Source of the DNA: Vicinamibacteria bacterium
Lineage (GTDB): Bacteria > Acidobacteriota > Vicinamibacteria > Marinacidobacterales > DATDRI01
Direction: 5' to 3'
DNA length: 37,356 bases
Assembly: GCA_035291825.1 (NCBI GenBank)
Contig: DATDRI010000439.1
Span: 1 to 37,356, forward strand
The translations under genes and the position numbers were made by a program. Positions 20,620-28,453 of the stretch are shown here, in pieces. Positions within the stretch are counted from its first letter, which is position 1. Each line of letters begins with the position of its first letter. The notes under the pieces were generated by a model, which was given only the letters and a program-made list of their open reading frames with translations, was not told where the DNA came from and ran no database searches.

Positions 20620-22809
20620 GTGCATCCGAGAACCCCAACTCCCCCGCGGCGCCCCTACCCCGGGCGAGCCGACCTCGCTCGCCGTACTCCCCGTTCCAGG
20701 AATCCAGATCGGCAATCCGGGTGGACCGTCTTCCGCGATCTCTTGGTTGCATCGGCTCTGTTTGCCATGGTGACGTTGGCGGTGACCTATCCCTTGGCTC
20801 TTCACCCGGCAAGCCTGGGACGCTTCGACAATGGAGACGCTCGGCTGAACGCCTGGGCGATGTCGTGGGTCGCCCATCAAGTGGTTCGAGATCCGATTCA
20901 TCTTTTCGAGGCCAACACGTTTTACCCTCTGCCACGTACTCTGGCCTTCTCGGAGCACCTATTCGTGCCCGGCCTGATGACTCTGCCGCCTCTCTTGCTC
21001 ACCAACGACCTCGTTCTGTCTTACAACTTGGTCTTGCTGTTCTCCATCTTCCTGTCGGCGCTGGGAATGTATCTGCTGACCTTCTCCCTCACCGGCAGCC
21101 GCCTGGCGGGCATTCTTGCCGGCATCTTCTTTTCGTTCGCACCTTTTCGATTCAACCGCCTGCCCCATCTTCAAATGCAGCTCTATGCCTTTCTTCCTTT
21201 GGCCCTCCTCTGTCTCCACCGTTTCCTGGAAACGGGCAAGCGCGTCTGGGCGTGGGGCTGCGCCGCCTTCTTCGTGTTACAGGTTCTCTCCGGAACGTAT
21301 CTGGCGGCCATGGCCGCGGTGGCGCTCCTGGTCGCCGCTCTAATCCTCACTCCGGGCTCGGGAAGGTCGAGAAAGGAGCTCCAGAGCCTGGTGTTGGCAT
21401 TCGGGGTGTCCGCGCTGTGCATCTACCCCTTCGCTCGTCCCTATCTATGGGTGAACAGCCATCTGGGCATCGAATGGGATCTTGCTGGAATAGGAACTAT
21501 GTCGGCAACGCCGCAAAGCTATTTGGCGTCTTCCAGCCGCCTGTATCGCGCATTCACCGACGATCTGATCGAGGAGACGGAGAGTAGAGATTTCCTCTTC
21601 CCCGGCCTGACGCTTCCCGTTTTGGGATTGGTAGGATGGATCGTGCTACTCACCCGCCAGGGAGCGAATGCCCGTCCCCGAGCCACCGCGCTTTGCTACC
21701 TGGCCATCGCCTCGGCCGGCTTCCTGCTCTCCCTGGGGCCACACACGCCGCTCTACGGGTTTCTCCACGAGCATCTGATCTTTTTTCGGGGCCTTCGTGC
21801 ACTGAGTCGATTCGCGCTGCTCCCGTTGCTCGGTCTCAGTCTGCTGGCGGGGCATGCGGTGGGCTGGCTTTTCGGAGATCGGGGTTGGTTGCACGACCGA
21901 AGGTGGGTGGCGTCGCTCATCGGTTTGTTCTTCCTCGCCGAGTCGACCGCCCTGCCCTATCCGTTCGAACCGTTCCGGGATGACCCTCCGGAGGTCTACG
22001 CCTGGTTGGCCGAGGAGGCGGAGCCCGGCCCCATGGTCGAGCTTCCCTTTCTCGTCCTCGACACCCGATACATGTTCTGGGCGAGACACCACGGGTTTCG
22101 CGCTACCTTAAACGGCGATAGCGGCTTCGTTCCCCCGTCTCACCGCTGGCTGAAGAATCTCTTCCTCCGGTTTCCTTCACCCGACTCGATCGCCACTTTG
22201 CAGAGACTGGGTGTTCGTTACGTCGTCCTCCACCTCGGTGCCTACCGGGACCAAGCTCTCATCCGTCTGCTGAATGGGCTGGAGAGCCACCGTGCCGAGC
22301 TCCTGAAAATCCGAGACTTCGGCCGCGACATGGTGGTCGAGGTGATCCCTCCCAAGAACGAGGCTTCGCCTCCCCACCCCCAGGTCGTCCTTCCCACCAT
22401 CGGCGAGCCTTCTAGGAAAATCCCGGAACGAGAGAGTTCCGTCGAAGAAGTCATCATCTCCTTGGAGTCGCCCAGCCAAGTGACCGGGATCCGCTTGACG
22501 TACGGCCGTATCCCGCAGTCTCCCGTCACCAGGGTCGAGCTACTCCTGCCGGCCCGTCCCGGTGACTCAGCTGACGATGACGACGGGTGGGAGGAGGCAT
22601 GGATCAGCCCACCGGATTGGCCGGCGCTGACGGAGCTCATACTCGGGCTGCTCGAGCATCCCGCTCAGGGATCGCAAACCCTGAGCTTCCAGGTGCCCGA
22701 ATCCTTCCAAACGTTTACTACCGACACCGTCAAGCTTCGTCTGACCGGTTACCAGGGCCCTCCCGACGTGGCCGCCATCGAGATTCTCGGGGCGGACGAT
22801 CCCAGCTGA
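20620..22809 (+). CDS. Large polytopic membrane protein, GT-C-like (ArnT/PMT/YfhO-like) glycosyltransferase candidate with C-terminal soluble domain
   Basis: 729-aa ORF with a GTG start at 20620 (start uncertain). About 11-13 hydrophobic segments. The first extracytoplasmic loop carries acidic residues (GRFDNGDARLNAWAMSW), as in GT-C enzymes. The last ~230 aa are hydrophilic. Assigned by architecture only. Confidence 0.5.
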   Translation: MHPRTPTPPRRPYPGRADLARRTPRSRNPDRQSGWTVFRDLLVASALFAMVTLAVTYPLALHPASLGRFDNGDARLNAWAMSWVAHQVVRDPIHLFEANTFYPLPRTLAFSEHLFVPGLMTLPPLLLTNDLVLSYNLVLLFSIFLSALGMYLLTFSLTGSRLAGILAGIFFSFAPFRFNRLPHLQMQLYAFLPLALLCLHRFLETGKRVWAWGCAAFFVLQVLSGTYLAAMAAVALLVAALILTPGSGRSRKELQSLVLAFGVSALCIYPFARPYLWVNSHLGIEWDLAGIGTMSATPQSYLASSSRLYRAFTDDLIEETESRDFLFPGLTLPVLGLVGWIVLLTRQGANARPRATALCYLAIASAGFLLSLGPHTPLYGFLHEHLIFFRGLRALSRFALLPLLGLSLLAGHAVGWLFGDRGWLHDRRWVASLIGLFFLAESTALPYPFEPFRDDPPEVYAWLAEEAEPGPMVELPFLVLDTRYMFWARHHGFRATLNGDSGFVPPSHRWLKNLFLRFPSPDSIATLQRLGVRYVVLHLGAYRDQALIRLLNGLESHRAELLKIRDFGRDMVVEVIPPKNEASPPHPQVVLPTIGEPSRKIPERESSVEEVIISLESPSQVTGIRLTYGRIPQSPVTRVELLLPARPGDSADDDDGWEEAWISPPDWPALTELILGLLEHPAQGSQTLSFQVPESFQTFTTDTVKLRLTGYQGPPDVAAIEILGADDPS

Positions 22810-22941
22810 AAACAGGGAACCGGTGGATGACTCGGAATCCCATCGACTGGTAGAACTAGCAAATCGACCGTGGGTCGTGAAGCGCCCAAGAGCAGCCTGG
22901 TGGGGACATTCCTGAGATACAATGGTCGTCTCGGCGAACGG

Positions 22942-23718
22942 ATGAAAGAGCGCGAAGTTTCTGAGACCGGCAGCGACCCGACCCCGTTGGAGAGCCGGCT
23001 GAAGCTGGAAATTCAGCCCCAGCCGGACGCCACCACTTGCGGGCCCACGTGTCTGCAGGCCGTCTACCGATACTATGGCCTCGATCTGTCGCTCGAGCGG
23101 GTCATCCAGGAAGCCGGCCGTCTTCCGGAGGGCGGAACGCTTTCCGTGCTCTTGGCTTGCCACGCTCTCGAGCATGGCTTGAGAGCCACCATCTACACGT
23201 ACAATCTCCAGATCTTCGACCCGACCTGGTTTGGCCCGGACGAGCCCGACTTGGCCGAACGACTCGAAGCTCAAAGGGCCTTCAAAAGGTCGGAGAGACT
23301 CACTCTAACAACGGACGCCTATCTGAATTTCCTCGAGCGAGGCGGTTCGATTCGTTTCCAGGATCTCACGCCGGCTCTCATCCGGAGATACCTCAAACGG
23401 TCCACTCCGATTCTCACCGGACTCAGCGCCACCTATTTGTACCGATCCGCCCGAGAATGGGGACCCGACGACGAGTACGATGACGTGAGGGGAGAGCCTT
23501 CCGGCCATTTCGTGGTTTTGTGTGGATACCATAAGGAGCAACGCCGGGTCCTGGTTGCCGATCCCTGGTTCCCCAATCCGATAGCAGAGGGCCATTACTA
23601 CCAGGTTAGTATCGATCGGCTGATTGGAGCGATTCTCTTGGGCATCCTGACTTATGACGCGAATTTCCTTATCCTGGAACCCTCTCGCCGAGCTCCCTCG
23701 ACTCCATGCCCAGCCTGA
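22942..23718 (+). CDS. Soluble papain-fold cysteine peptidase, C39-like
   Basis: 258 aa from ATG 22942 (the track start, GTG 22870, is also possible). Q-x5-C-G oxyanion/nucleophile motif (QPDATTCGPTCLQAVYRYYG, Cys33). GHFVVLCGY (His189). VLVADPW (Asp207). No signal peptide, no TM segment and no fused ABC transporter. Confidence 0.7.
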   Translation: MKEREVSETGSDPTPLESRLKLEIQPQPDATTCGPTCLQAVYRYYGLDLSLERVIQEAGRLPEGGTLSVLLACHALEHGLRATIYTYNLQIFDPTWFGPDEPDLAERLEAQRAFKRSERLTLTTDAYLNFLERGGSIRFQDLTPALIRRYLKRSTPILTGLSATYLYRSAREWGPDDEYDDVRGEPSGHFVVLCGYHKEQRRVLVADPWFPNPIAEGHYYQVSIDRLIGAILLGILTYDANFLILEPSRRAPSTPCPA

Positions 23719-25175
23719 TCGTCGTCGACAACCCCAAGCACTGGCCGTTCGATATCCCCGGAGTGGAAGTCGTCGACGCTCGCACTTACCTTACCCATCA
23801 GGAATACGGTGAAATTCGCGGCGTGAAAGTCTTCAACCTATGCCGATCGTACCGGTATCAGAGCGTCGGCTACTACGTGACGCTGCTGGCGGCGGCGCGA
23901 GGACACAAACCCCTGCCCAGCATCGCAACCGTCCAGGATCTGAAGACCCAAAGCGTCATTCGATCCGTTTCCGAGGAGCTCGACGAACTGGTGCAGAAGA
24001 GTCTGGCGACGATTCAGTCGAAGCGGTTCCCCTTCAGCATCTATTTCGGCCGGAACCTGGCCAGGCGCTATGACCGACTGGCCTGGCATCTATTTAGCCT
24101 CTTTCCGGCGCCACTCCTCCGTGCCCAATTCGTTCGCAACGACAAGTGGCAGCTCCGCACCGTCCGGGCCATAAGCACCGACGAGGTTCCCGAGAGTCAT
24201 CGTCTGTTCCTGCTGCAGGCGGCGACGGACTATTTTGCCGGACGGCGAGCTCGACCGCCCAAGAGGTTCACCGCGAAGTACGACGTTGCCATCCTGGTCG
24301 ACCCCTCGGAGGAGACCCCGCCATCGGACGAAGCCGCCATCAAGCGGTTCATCAAGGCCGGAGAGGGAATGGGCCTGCGCGTCGAGGTCATCGAGCGTGA
24401 TGACTACCCCAGAGTGGCGGAGTACGACGGGCTCTTCATTCGAGCCACCACCGCGGTCGACCACCATACCTACCGGTTCGCCAGACGGGCGGCGGTGGAG
24501 GGTCTGGTGGTGATCGACGATCCGGAATCTATCATCAGGTGTACGAACAAGGTCTTCCTGGCGGAGCTGCTGGCTCGCCATCGCATCCCCACGCCCAAGA
24601 CCATGGTCATCCATCGCGACAACGTGCAGAACATCGTAAAGGAATTGGGGCTTCCCTGTGTTCTAAAACAACCCGACAGCTCGTTCTCCCGGGGCGTGGT
24701 CAAGGTCGACAGCGAGGCAACCCTGTCGGAGCAAGTGGAGAACTTCTTGTCAGACTCCGAACTGGTCATCGCCCAAGAGTTCCTGCCCACTCCTTTCGAC
24801 TGGAGAATCGGTGTCCTCGACGGAAAGCCTCTTTACGCCTGCCAATACTTCATGGCGCGAGGGCACTGGCAAATCTACAAGCACGCCGTGTCGGGGGCAC
24901 CCAAGGAAGGAGACTTCAAGACGCTGCCCGTCGAGCTGGCGCCCCGCCGGCTCACGCGAACGGCGCTGAAGGCGGCCAATCTCATTGGCAATGGACTCTA
25001 CGGCGTCGACCTCAAGGAGATCGGAGACGAGTGTTATGTCATCGAAGTGAACGACAATCCGAGCATCGAGTCGGGAGTCGAGGACCAGGTTCTTCGCGAG
25101 GAGCTCCACCAGCGCATCATGAGCGTCTTCCTCCGCCGAATCGAACTGAAGAAGATGGGTATTCCTGTCGAATGA
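23706..25175 (+). CDS. RimK-type ATP-grasp ligase with N-terminal RLAN-like domain
   Basis: 489 aa. The N-terminal ~200 aa contain NLCRSYRYQSVGYYVTLLAAARGHKPLPS, which I recognise as the RimK-like ATP-grasp N-terminal (RLAN) domain. The C-terminal half matches RimK: TNKVFLAELLARHRIPTPKT, LPCVLKQPDSSFSRGVVKV, VIAQEFLP, DWRIGVLDG, YGVDLKEIGDECYVIEVNDNPSIESG. ATG 23706 lies 13 nt inside the upstream gene. Confidence 0.85.
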   Translation: MPSLIVVDNPKHWPFDIPGVEVVDARTYLTHQEYGEIRGVKVFNLCRSYRYQSVGYYVTLLAAARGHKPLPSIATVQDLKTQSVIRSVSEELDELVQKSLATIQSKRFPFSIYFGRNLARRYDRLAWHLFSLFPAPLLRAQFVRNDKWQLRTVRAISTDEVPESHRLFLLQAATDYFAGRRARPPKRFTAKYDVAILVDPSEETPPSDEAAIKRFIKAGEGMGLRVEVIERDDYPRVAEYDGLFIRATTAVDHHTYRFARRAAVEGLVVIDDPESIIRCTNKVFLAELLARHRIPTPKTMVIHRDNVQNIVKELGLPCVLKQPDSSFSRGVVKVDSEATLSEQVENFLSDSELVIAQEFLPTPFDWRIGVLDGKPLYACQYFMARGHWQIYKHAVSGAPKEGDFKTLPVELAPRRLTRTALKAANLIGNGLYGVDLKEIGDECYVIEVNDNPSIESGVEDQVLREELHQRIMSVFLRRIELKKMGIPVE

Positions 25176-26467
25176 GATCTTCCAGGCCTCTCCACCTGTT
25201 CGAGGGTTTCGGTGTCGAGCTGGAGTACATGATCGTGGACCGGGATTCGCTTGCCGTGCTCCCGGTCTGTGACGACCTGTTGTGGGCCTCGGCGGGAGCT
25301 CCGGTGTCGGAGGTGGAGCGTGGAGTCTTCGCGTGGTCCAACGAGCTGGTTCAACACGCCATCGAGGTAAGAAACACCGAACCGGTGCCGCAACTAGCTC
25401 CCTTGGCCTCGGGCTTCCAAGCCGAGGTGCGTGCCCTGAACCGTGCCCTGGAGCCGTTCCATGCCAGGCTCATGCCGGGTGGGATGCACCCTTGGATGGA
25501 TCCGGCGCGAGAGACCCACCTGTGGGAGCACGAGTATCAGGAGATCTACCAGAGCTTCCATCGCATCTTCAATTGCCGGACTCACGGTTGGGCCAACGTG
25601 CAGAGCGTGCAGCTCAATCTGCCCTTCGGAAACGAGGAGGAGTTCGGCCGACTCCATGCCGCGGTGCGGCTCCTCCTTCCCATCCTACCTGCTTTGGCCG
25701 CCAGCTCCCCGATCATGGAGGGGAAGGTCACCGGCCTCAGCGACAACCGGTTGGAGATCTCCCGGACCAGCGCTGCCAAGATAGCCGCCATCACCGGCCG
25801 GATGATCCCGGAGCCGGTATTCTCTTTCAGCGATTACCAGACGATCATTCTTCAAAGGATGTACCGGGACATCTCCCCCTATGACCCGAAGGGGGTTCTC
25901 CAACACGAATGGCTCAACGCGCGAGCCGCCATCGCCCGATTCGACCGGAGCGCCATCGAGGTTCGCCTCATGGACATACAGGAGTATCCGGCCGCCGACA
26001 TCGCCATCTGTCGAGCCGCCACCGGGGTACTGCTCGCCTTGGTCGGCGAACGATGGACCAGCCTGGCGCTCCAGCAATCTTGGGAAACGGAACGATTGGA
26101 GAGCATCCTTCTGGCAACGGTGCGAGATGCCGACCGGGCCGTCATCACCGATCGCGCCTATCTCGAGGCCTTCGGCTTCCCGGGCGCCCGGTCGACGGCA
26201 GAGGAGCTTTGGCGACACCTGGCAAGAGAACTGGACATAGCCAGTGAGCCGCTCCAGCTCATCCTCGATAGAGGTCCTCTGGCTCGCCGCCTCCTCGCCG
26301 CCTTGGGCGACCATCCTGACCGCAGCAGGTTCCAGACGGCCTATCAGGAGCTCTGTCATTGTCTCGAGTCTGGAACGCCTTTCGGGGGATCGGGTGATCG
26401 GAAGGACGGGCGCACTACTGGTGCTCCGGACACCGCCGAGATCACTCGACCACCACGAGAAGAATGA
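25172..26467 (+). CDS. GCS2-family carboxylate-amine ligase (YbdK / glutamate-cysteine ligase family 2)
   Basis: 431 aa from ATG 25172 (ATGA overlap with the RimK-like stop). FEGFGVELEYMIVD, WSNELVQHAIEV, GMHPWM, VQLNLPF, LLPILPALAASSP and IEVRLMD. The 5' part of track ORF 24539-26467 is an out-of-frame overlap with the previous gene. Confidence 0.85.
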   Translation: MRSSRPLHLFEGFGVELEYMIVDRDSLAVLPVCDDLLWASAGAPVSEVERGVFAWSNELVQHAIEVRNTEPVPQLAPLASGFQAEVRALNRALEPFHARLMPGGMHPWMDPARETHLWEHEYQEIYQSFHRIFNCRTHGWANVQSVQLNLPFGNEEEFGRLHAAVRLLLPILPALAASSPIMEGKVTGLSDNRLEISRTSAAKIAAITGRMIPEPVFSFSDYQTIILQRMYRDISPYDPKGVLQHEWLNARAAIARFDRSAIEVRLMDIQEYPAADIAICRAATGVLLALVGERWTSLALQQSWETERLESILLATVRDADRAVITDRAYLEAFGFPGARSTAEELWRHLARELDIASEPLQLILDRGPLARRLLAALGDHPDRSRFQTAYQELCHCLESGTPFGGSGDRKDGRTTGAPDTAEITRPPREE

Positions 26468-26485
26468 CAGGGAGGGACGTCTTCC

Positions 26486-27049
26486 ATGGGATTTCTAGAA
26501 ACACTGCCCATCTGGTTCTTGGCTGGACTCATTTTCTCCCTCAGGATTTTCGATGTTTCACTCAGCACCATGCGAACCATCTCGGTTGTCACCGGCCGGA
26601 TCCGATTCTCGGTGTTCCTCGGCTTCGTCGAGATCCTGGTGTGGGTAACGGCTATCTCCCAAGTCATTCTGCGGGTCAGAGAGCATCCGGTGCTGGCAGT
26701 GGCGTACGCCGCCGGTTTCGCCACCGGAAACGCCTTCGGCATCGTCCTGGAGCGCAAGCTCGCACTGGGACGGTGCGTCCTTAGGCTGATCTCGCCTCGG
26801 GGAGAGTCCATCGCCGAGGCGATCGGCCCTTTCGGCGATATTGTCGGCACTTTTCGAAGCGAGCACCGGGGAGTGACCAAGACGCTGGTCTTCGCGACCC
26901 TGGCCCGCCGAGACCTTCCCGCCGCCCTAGAAAGGGCGAAGGAGATCGATCCCCACCCTTTTTACGTCGTGGAGCGCTTTTCCGAGACGAGCCAATTGGG
27001 CCCCTTGCCCCATCCCACCGGTTGGCGAGCGGTCTTCAAGATGAAGTAG
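26486..27049 (+). CDS. UPF0316 / DUF2179-family small membrane protein
   Basis: 187 aa. Three N-terminal TM segments (LAGLIFSLRIFDVSLSTMRTISVV, SVFLGFVEILVWVTAISQVI, VLAVAYAAGFATGNAFGIVLE) followed by a soluble C-terminal domain, as in B. subtilis UPF0316 proteins. GGAGGGA Shine-Dalgarno 9 nt upstream of the ATG. Confidence 0.7.
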   Translation: MGFLETLPIWFLAGLIFSLRIFDVSLSTMRTISVVTGRIRFSVFLGFVEILVWVTAISQVILRVREHPVLAVAYAAGFATGNAFGIVLERKLALGRCVLRLISPRGESIAEAIGPFGDIVGTFRSEHRGVTKTLVFATLARRDLPAALERAKEIDPHPFYVVERFSETSQLGPLPHPTGWRAVFKMK

Positions 27050-28310
27050 GGGGGCCGAACTCATACCCGAGCCTCCGGCGAACCTCCTGGAGACGCTCCA
27101 TAAGATCTTTTCGATTCTCCGCCCCGACGTTGACGATGCCGTAACGGTAGCTCACGCCGTCCTCGAGTCTCTCGAAATCAGAAAGCACCTGGCCGGTCTC
27201 ACACTCGTTCCATATAAGCGTCGAGGGAAACCCGGACTCGACTTCTTCGATGAGCTCCCCATGGGGAGCGTGGATCACTCGGACCGGCTGGAAAACGCGC
27301 AACGGGAAGCTGGAAGCAACCCGGAAATCGCCCCTGCCACGGAGGATCACGGGTTTCGCACCGGTGGCGACCGCCAGAGCGACCTGGTAACCGTTGATGC
27401 CGTCGACCTTCTGGTAGAGGTCCGCAAACTGTCCACAAAGTCGGGGATTGACTTCGACGATCGAGACGCGATCCCGCTCCTCGTCGAAGATCATCTCGAT
27501 ATTGAAGAGCGAATTCGTGAGCCCGAGTTGCCTGATGACCCGCTCCGCCACGTCCACCATGCGGTCCTGAACCTGCGCCGGCAGAGACGAGGGGTAGTCG
27601 AATCTCACGAAACTGTCCGTCCCCTCATGCTTCACCGAGTCCACGATTCCCAGCATCTCTACTTTGCCGTTGACGCTGACCCCTTCTACCGTCGCCTGCC
27701 GGCCGCGCAACAGTTCTTCAGCGATGAAGTAGCTTCCGGTGATTTCGAAGCTCGTCAGCTCGCGAACGAGCTGGTTGAAAATGAAGACGTAGTTCTCGAT
27801 AAACTCCTTCACCGCCGCGCTCTCCAAGAAGGCCGCTAGCTCATCAGGGCCGTGGATTTGGCGCGTCATGACAGAGAAAGCGCCTTTGACCGGCTTGATG
27901 TAGCAGGGGTAGTCGATTTTCCTTAAGACGTCGTGGTAGTCCTTCGGATCGACGAGGCGAAAATCGGCAGTCGCCTTGGGAGCCGCTTCTCTTTGTGCCA
28001 GCCGGGAATAGTACTTGTGCGAGCACCGCATGATGGTTTCCGCCGAAGAGCCCGGCAAATCAAGCCGGGAGGCTATCGCTCCCGCCACCGTGGCCCCCGG
28101 GTAGTCACTCGAGCTCATGACACCGTCGATTTCACCTCTATACGTCTCGGCTGCTCTTGCGATAAAGGATAGGATGTCGTAGTCCCACGGACAGTCTTCA
28201 TCCCGCGGCTCGGCAAAGGTCACTTCGAACTGTTCCCCCCGCTGGGGTCGACTGGTAGACAACTGTTTGCGGTCAACAGCGTTCGGGAAGACCAGCAGCA
28301 CCTTCTTCAC
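27036..28310 (-). CDS. ATP-grasp carboxylate-amine ligase (L-amino-acid-ligase / D-Ala-D-Ala-ligase-like)
   Basis: 424 aa. Pre-ATP-grasp domain (GVMSSSDYPGATVAGAIASRLDLPG). CSHKYYSRL, YPCYIKPVKGAFSV, FIAEELL, and IEMIFDEERDRVSIVEVNPRLCGQFADL (Mg-ATP site). GTG start at 28310, with an alternative GTG at 28301. The 3' end overlaps the DUF2179 gene by 14 nt (convergent). Confidence 0.8.
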   Translation of the reverse strand: MKKVLLVFPNAVDRKQLSTSRPQRGEQFEVTFAEPRDEDCPWDYDILSFIARAAETYRGEIDGVMSSSDYPGATVAGAIASRLDLPGSSAETIMRCSHKYYSRLAQREAAPKATADFRLVDPKDYHDVLRKIDYPCYIKPVKGAFSVMTRQIHGPDELAAFLESAAVKEFIENYVFIFNQLVRELTSFEITGSYFIAEELLRGRQATVEGVSVNGKVEMLGIVDSVKHEGTDSFVRFDYPSSLPAQVQDRMVDVAERVIRQLGLTNSLFNIEMIFDEERDRVSIVEVNPRLCGQFADLYQKVDGINGYQVALAVATGAKPVILRGRGDFRVASSFPLRVFQPVRVIHAPHGELIEEVESGFPSTLIWNECETGQVLSDFERLEDGVSYRYGIVNVGAENRKDLMERLQEVRRRLGYEFGPPTSS

Positions 28311-28453
28311 GTCCTCATGCTAGCTCTTCTGGTCACGGGCAGTCGAGGCCACTTATCCGGGTCATTTCTTACAGTCCGTCCCCACCGCCGGCCCGAGGCA
28401 GGAACCAGATCCTGCGAGCCCAGCAAGAACGGAGACGGCGAACCGGAGGGTGG

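Noticed and set aside
24539-25171. 5' extensions of track ORFs. These are 24539-26467 for GCS2, 7323-8576 for the kinase, 29462-30205 for the 4-TM protein, 30043-30786 for FMN_bind, 30564-31967 for the porin, and 13758 for lptFG.
   Set aside because: Each extension overlaps the upstream gene out of frame and translates to Arg/Gly-rich junk. Internal ATGs give ATGA or short-gap coupling and sensible N-termini (signal peptides or conserved family starts).
28362-28453. Tail of minus-strand ORF 28362-28844, reading ...FAVSVLAGLAGSGSCLGPAVGTDCKK. It runs past the apbE stop into the 143-nt gap upstream of the ATP-grasp. I considered it as a possible lipoprotein, or as a Thr/Asp/Lys-containing precursor peptide for an ATP-grasp (graspetide-like).
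   Set aside because: I found no ATG/GTG/TTG start or Shine-Dalgarno near the hydrophobic segment. The rest of the ORF overlaps apbE out of frame. The ATP-grasp does not look like microviridin-type ligases. I kept it only as a note, in case a peptide search is run.
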